Source: a virus (Duplodnaviria; Caudoviricetes). Taken from it: DNA of 64,000 nucleotides. Of the stretch, positions 1 through 9,544 are shown in pieces. The stretch is from positions 1-64,000 of IMG/VR virus record IMGVR_UViG_2595698399_000001. The stretch is one strand, 5' to 3'. Positions within the stretch are counted from its first letter, which is position 1; each line of letters opens with the position of its first letter. The translations under genes were made by a program, and so were the position numbers. The notes beneath the pieces were generated by a model, which saw only the letters and a program-made list of their open reading frames with translations, did no database searches and had not been told where the DNA came from.

Positions 1-5
1 CTTTT

Positions 6-656
6 TTAAATCTGTATTAAGGACTCTAGAGCCTTGAATACTTTGTAGTGGTCTGAGATATCTTCTGCCACCTTTATTAACCGACCTTTAACGGCGTCTA
101 CCGCCTCTCTAGATACATCTTGGTCTATTGTTACCACAGACCCGCCTAAAGTTAACTGCTCTCCTTTAAAAGGGTTACCATTTCTTTCTATAAGCTCTAC
201 CCAACCTTTAAGGGGAAGTACTCCCGTCTCTTGTTCTATAGCGCCTGCATAGATAGTTACTTGGTCGTAGTCAGAGTCTTGATAAACTTCTTCTTTGTCG
301 AGGGCCCCAGTTTTATAATCGATAATTGTAGTTACTACGCCACCTTTATTATCGTTTGTATCAATGTAACCAAGTACTCCGAAGTCTCCTAAGTCAAATA
401 ATATCTTTCTTTCAAACTCATCTAACCTAGTTACGCTACTAAGCAATCTTACTTCGTGCGGCTCAAATCCGTCAAAGTTATCATTCTCTAAAGCTTCTCC
501 AATCATGCTACCGAACTCGGTGTATGCATTACCTTCAAACTTTTCTCCTAGGAAGTAAGACTTTATATAATCTTTCTTACTCCCTTTCCATTTACTATAC
601 TGACTGTAAGATAGGTAACTCTTACCCGTCTCGTCTTTTTTTGGTAGTTCTATCAT
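6..656 (-). CDS. PD-(D/E)XK nuclease (RecB/Cas4-like exonuclease)
   Basis: N-terminal LSYSQ motif, GYID..D...IIDYKTG catalytic motif, QxxxY. Confidence 0.8.
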   Translation of the reverse strand: MIELPKKDETGKSYLSYSQYSKWKGSKKDYIKSYFLGEKFEGNAYTEFGSMIGEALENDNFDGFEPHEVRLLSSVTRLDEFERKILFDLGDFGVLGYIDTNDNKGGVVTTIIDYKTGALDKEEVYQDSDYDQVTIYAGAIEQETGVLPLKGWVELIERNGNPFKGEQLTLGGSVVTIDQDVSREAVDAVKGRLIKVAEDISDHYKVFKALESLIQI

Positions 657-1132
657 TAAATAACTTTTTTTGATATTAAGTCCACCTCCGTTGGCGACTC
701 TCCGTCATTTAACCCCATTATTAAATCGTCACCTATGTGAGACCTAACACTAAAGTCTACTAGAATCCCCCAAATGAAGATACTAAAATCCGAAAATAAT
801 TTAGTTTGTGCCCTAGACCCCTTGTTATTGGAGTAGGCACTTGAATTACAACTTGCTACACTTTCTTTTATTCGAATTAAAGACTCTTCACTTAGGAAGA
901 CATCTAGTCTTAATTGCTCTGGCTTCTTCCCCAAAAAGCTTTTACTTAGCGTGGGGGAATGTGCTGCAGAGTATTTCAACTTCCTCTCTACATACATAGG
1001 TATAATCTCCTCTAGCCCCTCTACACTAATGTCAGTATCTCTAGTGAAGACATATCCTAATCTTTCTATCCTATCTTTTATAGAGTTTACGACCTCTATT
1101 TGCCTGTCCTCTGCTTCTTTATCTCCTAACAT
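656..1132 (-). CDS. hypothetical protein
   Basis: 158-aa ORF whose stop overlaps the next start in the leftward operon. Confidence 0.6.
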   Translation of the reverse strand: MLGDKEAEDRQIEVVNSIKDRIERLGYVFTRDTDISVEGLEEIIPMYVERKLKYSAAHSPTLSKSFLGKKPEQLRLDVFLSEESLIRIKESVASCNSSAYSNNKGSRAQTKLFSDFSIFIWGILVDFSVRSHIGDDLIMGLNDGESPTEVDLISKKVI

Positions 1133-1133
1133 A

Positions 1134-1307
1134 CTACTTAAGTTTAGTGAAATTCTTTCTCTCTCCCTCTACGTCTGGGTAGTCTTCTACATTTTGCTCA
1201 ATCCTGTATGACCTTACCTCAGATTCCCATTTTCCAGACTTAGCGTCGTATACTTCTACGTAGTATTTGTATTGGCCTTCCCCCGTCTCTCTATCTACTC
1301 TACCCAT
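1134..1307 (-). CDS. small hypothetical protein (57 aa, MGRVDRETGEGQYKYYVEVYDAK...)
   Basis: Read manually; fills the gap between neighbours exactly; below ORF-track cutoff. Confidence 0.5.
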   Translation of the reverse strand: MGRVDRETGEGQYKYYVEVYDAKSGKWESEVRSYRIEQNVEDYPDVEGERKNFTKLK

Positions 1308-2202
1308 TGGCTATTCTCTTTATGTCTTTTTTAGTTATGTAAGTTACCTTACCTTTTGCTTTTGTTGGTATAGCGTTAAGTATCTCTATAGCGGCAGCCT
1401 TATCTTTATCGTTAAAAGTGGCCAACGTCTCTATAAGCTTAGCTTCTACCTCTTCGTTGTACTCGCCACCTTCGTAAAGGTAAGTCAATACACCTTTCTT
1501 CTCTGCCTCAGGGTCTCCCTCTTGGTTGGCCAATGGCAGAGAGTCTTCTTGCCTAAGGGCTGTAACTACATCTACAACCGCCTTAACATCTTTCTCACAG
1601 TACTCGATTATTTCATCTAACCTACCTTCGTAGAATGCCTTACCTACATCTGCCCCACTAATTCCATCTTTAGGGGAATCTAGACCTAGTACAGAAGTAA
1701 GTGACAATAGAGTAGGGTACTTAAATCCGCTATTTTTCCAAAGTACTGCCGTATCTAAGTGAGACATCTCCCAAGGCTTCAAGTGAGCCGTATCGAATAT
1801 TTCAAGTGGTAGTATTCTGTTAACTAGGCATCTCCTCATAATGTAAGGAGCGTCAAATCCAGTTACAACGTGCCCACATAAGTAGGTCTTATTGTTAATT
1901 AATCCAGATACCACTTCGTTGAACTCTTTAAGTAATTCGGCCTCTTCTCCGCTAAAGGTCTTCAACCATACTTCACCGTTTCTAACTACACCTATAGTAA
2001 TACATGCAATAATCCCAAACTCAGCCTCTAGTCCGGCCTTATCGTAGAAAGAGTTTTTTACATCCTCTATGCCGTTCTTAATACAGTAATACTCCCAAGC
2101 ATCCCACATGTGGTGATCTTCATTGAAGTCGTTGGTACAAGGTACTGTCTCTATATCCAAGAAGAGTAAGTCTTCTAAATTTTGTTTCTTTAATAGTCTC
2201 AT
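1300..2202 (-). CDS. DEDD 3'-5' exonuclease (PolB-exonuclease-like)
   Basis: FLDIET (Exo I), GH..TGFDAPYI (Exo II), YCEKDV (Exo III). Confidence 0.85.
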   Translation of the reverse strand: MRLLKKQNLEDLLFLDIETVPCTNDFNEDHHMWDAWEYYCIKNGIEDVKNSFYDKAGLEAEFGIIACITIGVVRNGEVWLKTFSGEEAELLKEFNEVVSGLINNKTYLCGHVVTGFDAPYIMRRCLVNRILPLEIFDTAHLKPWEMSHLDTAVLWKNSGFKYPTLLSLTSVLGLDSPKDGISGADVGKAFYEGRLDEIIEYCEKDVKAVVDVVTALRQEDSLPLANQEGDPEAEKKGVLTYLYEGGEYNEEVEAKLIETLATFNDKDKAAAIEILNAIPTKAKGKVTYITKKDIKRIANG

Positions 2203-2213
2203 ATAATATTATT

Positions 2214-2243
2214 AAACCCCCTCAGGATTTTCCAAGGGGGCTA
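2214..2243 (-). terminator. probable intrinsic terminator after groEL
   Basis: Minus-strand AGCCCCCC/GGGGGTTT hairpin followed by an AT-rich tail. Confidence 0.5.
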
Positions 2244-2250
2244 GGTTAAT

Positions 2251-3816
2251 TTACTGGTTAAACACAACCACCGCTTCTGTGGTCAAGAATGTACCTACTA
2301 CTGAGGCAGCGTTCTCTAAAGCACATCTAGTAACCTTAACTGGGTCAATAATACCTGCCTCAATCATATCAACTAGGTCGCCACTTCTGACATCTACACC
2401 TATTCCTTTAGCAATGTGAGGCTTGTACTCAATTCCGGCATTATTAAGAATAGCCTCTATAGGTGCAATTGCCGACTCTAATACAGAGAGGTATCCAAGA
2501 GAGAATGCGTCTTCTAAGTCTTCGCTTTTATAAGCTCCAAGAACTTCTGCAGATGCATTTGCTAAAGCAACTCCTCCACCTGAAACAATTCCTTCTTCTA
2601 GGGCAGACCTTGTAGCATTAATACTATCCTCTACTCTATCTTGCTTCTCCTTCAACTCACTATCGGACTTTGCCCCTACATAAATAGTAGCTACGCCTCC
2701 TGTTATTCTAGATAACCTTTCTTGAAGGTCTTTCTTATCGAAAGTGTTTTCGGTGATTTTAATCTTCTTTTTAATCTCCTCGATAAGGTCAGATAAGTTA
2801 TCGCTATCTCCTACTAATAAGGTATCTCTGTCAGACATTACTGCCCTTTTAAGTTTGCCTAGTACTCCGGTAGATAATTTAACTCCCTCTACTTCTGAAA
2901 CAACCTTCGCTCCAGTAAGTGTTGCAATATCTCCTAAAAGATCTCTTTCAATCTTAAGAATCTGTGGAGACTTAACTACGCAAATCCTTCCTTTAAGAGG
3001 CCCGTTTGAGTTCTCTACTAAGTTACCTAATGTAACTGGGTCAATATCGTCTGTTATAATCAATAACTTGTTCTTAACAGAGGAGAATACTTGCTTTAGG
3101 AAGTTTGCAGTAACGTCTCCCTTCTCTAACTTACCCTTGTGAAGTAATACAAAAGTGTCCTCTAGCTCACAAACGTCTGTAAGGTTATTAGTCACAAATC
3201 TTGGGTGGTAATACCCTCTATCGAGTACAACACCGTTACGCATCTCTACATAACTTTCCGCTGTATCGGACACTGACGAAATAACTGTACCATTCTCACC
3301 TATCTTACTAAATGCCTTAGATACAATTTCTCCTATAACCTTATCTCCGTTTGCAGAGATAGTAGCGACACTCTTTAAGTTCTTTTTAGAAACTTTAGTA
3401 GAGTTGTTCCTCAACGTTTTAACCAAGTCTTCTACAGCCTTGTCTAGGCCTTTCTTGTACTCTGTTACCGACATATTACTGTCTTCCTTAAGCACTTTAA
3501 AACCTACATTAAATAAGTCTTGAGCTATTACTGTAGCGGTGGTTGTTCCATCACCTGCTTGTGAATTAGCTCTACTTGCAGCCTCCTTAATCATAGACGC
3601 CCCTATATTCTCGAAAGGGTCTTTAGGGGTTACAGTCCTAGCTACAGAGACTCCATCTTTAGTTACAGTATAAACTAATTGTCCATCTTTATTTGCAGGA
3701 ATGATTACATTGCGTCCAGACGCACCGAGAGTTACCTTAACGGCATCTGCAACAGTATCTACCCCTCTTTTAAGCGCCTCTCTTGAATCTAATCCGAACT
3801 TAATTGTTGTACTCAT
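2251..3816 (-). CDS. groEL: phage chaperonin GroEL (Cpn60)
   Basis: AVKVTLG, TKDGVSVA, AGDGTTTATV, EEGIVSGGG, GIIDPVKV motifs; lacks the GGM tail. Confidence 0.97.
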   Translation of the reverse strand: MSTTIKFGLDSREALKRGVDTVADAVKVTLGASGRNVIIPANKDGQLVYTVTKDGVSVARTVTPKDPFENIGASMIKEAASRANSQAGDGTTTATVIAQDLFNVGFKVLKEDSNMSVTEYKKGLDKAVEDLVKTLRNNSTKVSKKNLKSVATISANGDKVIGEIVSKAFSKIGENGTVISSVSDTAESYVEMRNGVVLDRGYYHPRFVTNNLTDVCELEDTFVLLHKGKLEKGDVTANFLKQVFSSVKNKLLIITDDIDPVTLGNLVENSNGPLKGRICVVKSPQILKIERDLLGDIATLTGAKVVSEVEGVKLSTGVLGKLKRAVMSDRDTLLVGDSDNLSDLIEEIKKKIKITENTFDKKDLQERLSRITGGVATIYVGAKSDSELKEKQDRVEDSINATRSALEEGIVSGGGVALANASAEVLGAYKSEDLEDAFSLGYLSVLESAIAPIEAILNNAGIEYKPHIAKGIGVDVRSGDLVDMIEAGIIDPVKVTRCALENAASVVGTFLTTEAVVVFNQ

Positions 3817-3824
3817 ATGTATTT

Positions 3825-4097
3825 CTAATTTAAAATTTTAACTTCTAGTCTTGTGTTTTTGTACCCTTGCCTAACTACCTTCTCTGTTTTTAAGAAGTGG
3901 AAAGGCCCGTACTTAGTTATTACTATTTGGCGGCCCTTCTTGTTAGAAAATGGCCTTGAAGAGGAGGTACCTGAGTCTATTCTCCTTTGTCTTCTATTAG
4001 GCCCTAAAGATCGGTATCCAAAGAGTATTTCATTAATTAAGTTTCCTTCTCCGTCGTATGCCTTTGTGTATGGCGTATTTAATCTGATTCCTTTCAT
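3825..4097 (-). CDS. hypothetical basic protein between groES and groEL
   Basis: 90-aa ORF tightly packed in the operon, contains NRRQRR. Confidence 0.55.
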   Translation of the reverse strand: MKGIRLNTPYTKAYDGEGNLINEILFGYRSLGPNRRQRRIDSGTSSSRPFSNKKGRQIVITKYGPFHFLKTEKVVRQGYKNTRLEVKILN

Positions 4098-4098
4098 A

Positions 4099-4374
4099 TT
4101 ATAATATAGCTACTATGTTTGCTATCGGTATGATATAATGGTCTTTATCCTCATACTGACACTTTCCTTTTTCTCTTGGCCTCACGTAAAAAACTTTATC
4201 CCCGACCTCTGGAATATTTACGAACTCCCCCTTACTCTTTAGCTCCTCAGATACCATGACAACTACCGCAGAGGGTATATTGTCATCATCTGGTCTAAAT
4301 GTCATACCAGAACCTTCGTCCACAGTATTTTCTTTGTAAGGCTTAATCATTATTCTGTCTCCTAGTATCTTCAT
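4099..4374 (-). CDS. groES: co-chaperonin GroES (Cpn10)
   Basis: MKILGDRIMIKP start, VGDKVFY, C-terminal IVAIL; next to groEL. Confidence 0.85.
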   Translation of the reverse strand: MKILGDRIMIKPYKENTVDEGSGMTFRPDDDNIPSAVVVMVSEELKSKGEFVNIPEVGDKVFYVRPREKGKCQYEDKDHYIIPIANIVAIL

Positions 4375-4375
4375 A

Positions 4376-4618
4376 TTAGTCTATAATTGTCTCCATTTTA
4401 ATTACTCCCTCTCTGCCTGCTACTGGCATATCTCTGTCTACCTTTGGTGCCGGTACAGTCACAGGATCCTTAACCATCATTTTAGACGCCTCCGCAGTTT
4501 GAATAGTTACTGCAACGTTGTTTATAGCCGAGGCTATTGTTAATACCTCGTTTACGTTGTAGACTCCCGCCTCTGTTGCCTTGTTGAAGGCTGCGTTAAT
4601 AACTTCTAAATTCTTCAT
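4376..4618 (-). CDS. hypothetical protein
   Basis: 80-aa ORF in operon. Confidence 0.55.
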   Translation of the reverse strand: MKNLEVINAAFNKATEAGVYNVNEVLTIASAINNVAVTIQTAEASKMMVKDPVTVPAPKVDRDMPVAGREGVIKMETIID

Positions 4619-4627
4619 ATGTTTGTT

Positions 4628-5608
4628 TTAAGATGGTATACTTACCGTTATATGTCTTCTTTCGTCTACTGACAATGCTCCTTTTCTACTTCTACCCCAA
4701 GATTGGCAATTGTTACATTGATACGCTCTATAGGCATTAACTGTAGTCTTGTATTCACTACCCCAAAATAGGTTATCGCTTCCACAAGTAGCACAAACCT
4801 CAACGTCGCTTGCAATATGTAATCCTACATTAGGATGAGGTTGAATGTACGGCCTTAGTTTAAGGTAAACCTCTTCTAAAACTCTCACATCTTGGTCACA
4901 GTATAACTGCATTGCTTTTAAAGCTTTCTCGTCACCCACAACACACCTGTTCCACAGATCTGTCTCTGTTCTAATCTTACCCTCTATTCCGAAGAAGTTT
5001 TTAGCTATGTAATCAAGTCTGTTAGATGTAATAGCAAAAGATCTTCTTGCATGCAGTAAAGTGTCAATACCTTTGTATGGAGAAGGTAAACCTAGTTCGT
5101 GTTGTAAAAACCTAGTGTTAGCTTTCTTTCTATCGAACTTATTTAAGTTGTGGGCAATTACAATATCAGCCTCATCCAACATATTCCATAATCCTATAGA
5201 AATCCTCTTATCGTCTCCTTTAAGAACCTCTTCTTTAGTTTGGCACATAGAGTAAATCTTGTCATCAAACAACCACTTACCGCTCCAACAAATCATAAAC
5301 CAATCTCTCACTATCATATTGTCTCCAATATTCACCCCCCATTTCTGGAACGATCGAACCTCCATTGCTGCCGTCTCTATATCGAAACATAGTATTTTTG
5401 CAGGTGAGGTATTCTTGATAGAAGAAACGTTTAATTTCTTAGCCCAATTACGAATAGTCCTTTCTGTTACTCCATGTTCAGATGCCAGTACTTCCTGAGC
5501 TTCTGCCCTAGTCATAGGATCCTTATCGTCGTCTGCTCTCCAATACAGCCCTTTAATAACTTTCTTCTCTACTTCCGTTAAATCTTTATATAATATCGCC
5601 ATGGACAA
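4628..5608 (-). CDS. RNase H-fold/DEDD exonuclease with N-terminal HTH and C-terminal Zn ribbon
   Basis: HGVTERTIRNW (HTH), FDIET, AHNLNKFD, YCDQDV, CATCGS...CNNC. Confidence 0.8.
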   Translation of the reverse strand: MSMAILYKDLTEVEKKVIKGLYWRADDDKDPMTRAEAQEVLASEHGVTERTIRNWAKKLNVSSIKNTSPAKILCFDIETAAMEVRSFQKWGVNIGDNMIVRDWFMICWSGKWLFDDKIYSMCQTKEEVLKGDDKRISIGLWNMLDEADIVIAHNLNKFDRKKANTRFLQHELGLPSPYKGIDTLLHARRSFAITSNRLDYIAKNFFGIEGKIRTETDLWNRCVVGDEKALKAMQLYCDQDVRVLEEVYLKLRPYIQPHPNVGLHIASDVEVCATCGSDNLFWGSEYKTTVNAYRAYQCNNCQSWGRSRKGALSVDERRHITVSIPS

Positions 5609-5780
5609 TCTGATCTTTTAATATGTTAAGCCCTTTTCTAAGGGATTCTATACCCTCTAGGGCTTCTACCCTATTTTTTTCAACCAACGAGTCTCTTAGC
5701 TCTACGCAAGATTGCCTTAGGTCAGTTGTTTGATGGTTGATAGACCGTATACGGGGGCTATCTAAACTCTCTCTAATCAT
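5586..5780 (-). CDS. hypothetical protein
   Basis: 64-aa ORF overlapping both neighbours. Confidence 0.45.
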   Translation of the reverse strand: MIRESLDSPRIRSINHQTTDLRQSCVELRDSLVEKNRVEALEGIESLRKGLNILKDQIVHGDII

Positions 5781-6247
5781 AAATTCTTAATTAAGGTTAT
5801 TGTTTCTTTACAATCTTCTAAATTTCTAGGCATAAAAAGAACTGTGTTTAGTTTGTAATCGACTAGATACTTCTTGAATAGCCTCCAAGTCCTAGGGAAG
5901 TCGGGGAAAGATCTCCCCTTTACTTCTATAAGCCAAGTTAATGGCTTTCCTACTGGCGGAGTAAAGTCAGGGGTGTAGATGGCATCTGTATATACCTTAC
6001 CTCCTCTGTTTTTGTAGACCCCGTTACCATTCATAAACTTCTCATAAGAAATATTAGGAGATGTAAATGCCGCATCTATATTAAACTTCTGTTCTTCATA
6101 AGCAAACGGAATATCGTTTTTTTGTAACAATCGATACATCATCATCTCCAACCTAGACCGGAAAGTTATGCCATCGTACACTATTTTTTTAGCGTTCGTT
6201 TGCCTATTATAGCCTCTAGCTGTTTTAGGTTTAGCTTTTTTCTTCAT
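5777..6247 (-). CDS. PD-(D/E)XK endonuclease (DUF1064/T7 endonuclease I-like)
   Basis: YDGITFRSRLE, YTPDF, IEVKG. Confidence 0.8.
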   Translation of the reverse strand: MKKKAKPKTARGYNRQTNAKKIVYDGITFRSRLEMMMYRLLQKNDIPFAYEEQKFNIDAAFTSPNISYEKFMNGNGVYKNRGGKVYTDAIYTPDFTPPVGKPLTWLIEVKGRSFPDFPRTWRLFKKYLVDYKLNTVLFMPRNLEDCKETITLIKNL

Positions 6248-6310
6248 ACTCTGTAAATATATAGCTTTTTTCCTTTGTTTACAAGGATTTAGTTAATTAT
6301 TTTTACTTTT

Positions 6311-8209
6311 TTAGTGAACATCTGCATAATTATCTCCAAATTGTACGTCAACAGAAATTTTTATGTTTAGTTTAAGTAGTTCATTAACTTTATCCATAGC
6401 TTCGTCTATAATAATCTTCACTTCTTCCCTCCTACCTTTCTCTACAGAAACTACCATTTCATCATGGTACTGCAAGAATGGGGAAAGGCCCTCTAAGGTT
6501 ATGTACTTTAACCAAACATCAAAGATGTAAGCACCTGTACCTTGATTAAGCGTTGAGAATATATCTTTTTCAGACCTAACCGAGTACCAGAAGTTACTAA
6601 CCGGGTTTAGTAACCACATTTGATCTCCTATAGTCTTAACTTTTATATCTCTTGGCAATTGTTTTATACTCCAATTTCTCTCCCAGTAGGCCTCAATAAG
6701 AACTTTTGCTTCTTGTGTGCTCATACCAATAGCTTCTCCAAGCTTCTCTGCTCCAATTCCGTAAATACACCCGTAGTTGGCCATCTTATAGCCATCTCGT
6801 ATAGGTTTAAGTAGGGTTTTAGTAGCTTTATCACCACTCTTATACAAGTCTAATTGTTCTTGGGTAATTGCGCCTGCCCTTAATGCCAAATCTAAGTGTG
6901 GATCGAAACCTTCTGACATCTGTTCTATAACATAGTCAGGGTCGTAGTTAAACATATAGTGCCTTTTGGTGTTATCCTCTAAGGAAACTATATCCGAACC
7001 ACACAGTTCTTGGCCCTCTTTAGCAATAATACATTCTCTGATTATTTGACCGTCTCTAAGGTTAGCTTCTACAGCCTCGGCCTTAGTCATCCCGCCTTTT
7101 ATGGCTTCGTGTATAGCTCCTGTAACCCCCGGTAGATTCACAATAGGCTTAGAGTGTCTAAGTCTTAATGTGTTGGTTAGTCCGGCAGCACTGGCTATGG
7201 TCATTCCATTCTCGTCAGAGCATTCTTGTAAAGATCTAAGTAAAGCAAGTCTGTGATTTATCACAGTAAGGCCATCCAAGTAAAGTATAGCAGGCTCTTT
7301 ATCACTTAGCTCTAATATACTCTCGCATAACTCCCTGTCTTTATTTCTAATCTGAGGTACTGGCCCGTTGGCCCCGTCATTAAATATCTTAGGCTCCCAA
7401 CCTATACTAAACAGCCAATCCTTAAGCTGAGTAGTGGAGCTAGGATTTGCAGGAGCTCTAACCTCCTCTGTTGTTGGGGGAAGGCCATTATCTTTTAAGT
7501 ACTGAAACCACTTAATAGCATTTGCAGAGGGTTGCCTATTCTTTTTAAACATTACCTTAGGCTTAGTTTTAATTATAGCCCCCTCAGGCATAGCTCTTAT
7601 AAGCATTTCCTCCTTTTCTAAAAGCATAGGCTCTAGGATATCTATATTCTCCTTAACCTTATCTAAGTCCACTCTACACATCTCAGATTGTTGAGTGACT
7701 AAGCAATCCATCTTAAACATCAAGTATTTTATAAACTCGAAGGCCGCTTCGGAAGAACCGTACAACTCCATTAACTTAGAGATCAACTCTTCCCAAAGTT
7801 TTATGTTTATCTTTACATCCTCTTGGCATCTGTTCTCATAATCCTCATAAGTAAGTCCTTCCCAATCCTCTATTTTAGGTTTAGGTATACCGTACTCTAC
7901 TCCAAACTGTGCTAACCCGAAGCTAGCTTTTCTCGTTGGAAATAAGTACCAAGCCAATGCCAAGGTGTCTATTACGAAGGCTTTTATTTTGAACCCTAAC
8001 AATCTCTCTAACTCTACCGAATCGAACAATTTAAAGAAGTGGCCGACTATGAAATTATCCTCGTCTTCCATTATACTTTTTATCTTATCCGGATCTTTGG
8101 TAGAAATTACCTGCCAGTCTCCATCTTCGTCTTGGTAACCTACAGATACTACGTGTAATTTAGTGGATTTAAGTCCGTCTGTTTCTATATCAACTACGTA
8201 TGTTGCCAT
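6311..8209 (-). CDS. polA: DNA polymerase family A with 3'-5' exonuclease domain
   Basis: VDIETDG, motif A GSDIVSLE, motif B R...KMANYGCIYG, motif C QYHDE. Confidence 0.95.
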   Translation of the reverse strand: MATYVVDIETDGLKSTKLHVVSVGYQDEDGDWQVISTKDPDKIKSIMEDEDNFIVGHFFKLFDSVELERLLGFKIKAFVIDTLALAWYLFPTRKASFGLAQFGVEYGIPKPKIEDWEGLTYEDYENRCQEDVKINIKLWEELISKLMELYGSSEAAFEFIKYLMFKMDCLVTQQSEMCRVDLDKVKENIDILEPMLLEKEEMLIRAMPEGAIIKTKPKVMFKKNRQPSANAIKWFQYLKDNGLPPTTEEVRAPANPSSTTQLKDWLFSIGWEPKIFNDGANGPVPQIRNKDRELCESILELSDKEPAILYLDGLTVINHRLALLRSLQECSDENGMTIASAAGLTNTLRLRHSKPIVNLPGVTGAIHEAIKGGMTKAEAVEANLRDGQIIRECIIAKEGQELCGSDIVSLEDNTKRHYMFNYDPDYVIEQMSEGFDPHLDLALRAGAITQEQLDLYKSGDKATKTLLKPIRDGYKMANYGCIYGIGAEKLGEAIGMSTQEAKVLIEAYWERNWSIKQLPRDIKVKTIGDQMWLLNPVSNFWYSVRSEKDIFSTLNQGTGAYIFDVWLKYITLEGLSPFLQYHDEMVVSVEKGRREEVKIIIDEAMDKVNELLKLNIKISVDVQFGDNYADVH

Positions 8210-8445
8210 TAGTATTCTCCTTTAAGTGAGTTGAGGTTTATAGGCAATCCTCCATGCCGCATAGAATAATCTATGTCTCTCTCATTAGAGACGCAAATGG
8301 CCTTAATGTCTTTGTGCTTAAACCCGTGCTCCTCTGATAGAAGTAGAAAATCTTCGGCCTCTAATACGTGACCCGAGTCTATAGATACACCGTCCAAATA
8401 AACAGTGTACCAGTCATCTAAGTAAAGTATCTTAACTCTGTGCAT
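8209..8445 (-). CDS. hypothetical protein
   Basis: 78-aa ORF, stop overlaps the polA start. Confidence 0.55.
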   Translation of the reverse strand: MHRVKILYLDDWYTVYLDGVSIDSGHVLEAEDFLLLSEEHGFKHKDIKAICVSNERDIDYSMRHGGLPINLNSLKGEY

Positions 8446-8447
8446 AA

Positions 8448-9377
8448 TTAAATTATATCGTTTATGTTAGTAATCCTTTTAAATCCTACGTCGTACTTAC
8501 GGTTATGGCTCTTATCCATTAAGAAACAGCAAATACCTGCGTTATTAAGTGCTTTAAAGTTTGCGAACGAATCGTCTACGAACACTTCAATACCTTCTCT
8601 CTTGGCAATATCTACTTTAGAAACCCCCGGACGAACTGTGTATACAGGTCTAGCAGGGAATCCATGCATGTCTAACCATCTCTCTGTAATCTTAGAGTCG
8701 ATCGGCCTAGAGGTTATGTAACAATGTACATCAAAGCTTATATCCTTAGGGTCTACTAAAGGTTTAATATCCATGAAGAAAGAGTTCAATACTCCGTCTG
8801 ACTCCATTTTACTAAAGATATCCATTAACTCCCTATCGAAGTACCAATCTTTTGGGTGTGCATCTGAACCCCTTAATTCAGTCCAAGCTCCTAGCCAATC
8901 GGCTAGTACTTCATCTATATCCAATCCTATCTTAACGTTCTCCAAGTATCCATGGGCCCTGTCATCCCCTTGTGGATAAATCTTGTAGTATGCCGATAAG
9001 AAGTGGGCGTTGCATTGTAAGTGATTTATGTGAAGCTCTCCCGTTTCTGGGTCGTAGTCCTCTCCATTCTTAAATGCTGCCCAATGTCGATCTAGAGACT
9101 GAATTACATCGCTCCATTTCATACCCCTTTCCCAATTCCTAGGGGCATACTTCTCTGCTCCCTTAGTTAGAACTTTTACTAACCCCTCGGTTGCAACTGG
9201 ATGCTGTAGGTCGTACCTCAATTTTCCACTGTTGTACCTGAGGCCTCCTCCCTTTCCCTCAGAAGCAGTTCTAGCTACTTTTTCTGCATCTTCTTGAGGC
9301 TTTACTATAGTTATTTCCAAACCTTCAAAAAGGTCGTCTTCCATCATGTCTTCAAATTTCTTTACGCTATCTCCCAT
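8448..9377 (-). CDS. DUF5664 dATP/dGTP diphosphohydrolase-like domain fused to a HAD-family 5'(3')-nucleotidase
   Basis: GLRYNSGKLRYDL...GAEKYAPRNWERG...RH...DPETGELHINHLQCNAHFL, then IGLDIDEVLAD (DxD) and FVDDS. Confidence 0.8.
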   Translation of the reverse strand: MGDSVKKFEDMMEDDLFEGLEITIVKPQEDAEKVARTASEGKGGGLRYNSGKLRYDLQHPVATEGLVKVLTKGAEKYAPRNWERGMKWSDVIQSLDRHWAAFKNGEDYDPETGELHINHLQCNAHFLSAYYKIYPQGDDRAHGYLENVKIGLDIDEVLADWLGAWTELRGSDAHPKDWYFDRELMDIFSKMESDGVLNSFFMDIKPLVDPKDISFDVHCYITSRPIDSKITERWLDMHGFPARPVYTVRPGVSKVDIAKREGIEVFVDDSFANFKALNNAGICCFLMDKSHNRKYDVGFKRITNINDII

Positions 9378-9544
9378 ATTATCTTATTTAATTTTATTCC
9401 TCTTTTTAATTTCGTTTATCCTAGATTTCATCTCCTTATCTTCTCCTTTACTTCTTAAGTACATAGACGATACTTCAAAAGCTTCGTTGTATGATTCTAA
9501 GTAACCTATAAGCGTCTTAATGTCATCTTTCATATTTAATATTT

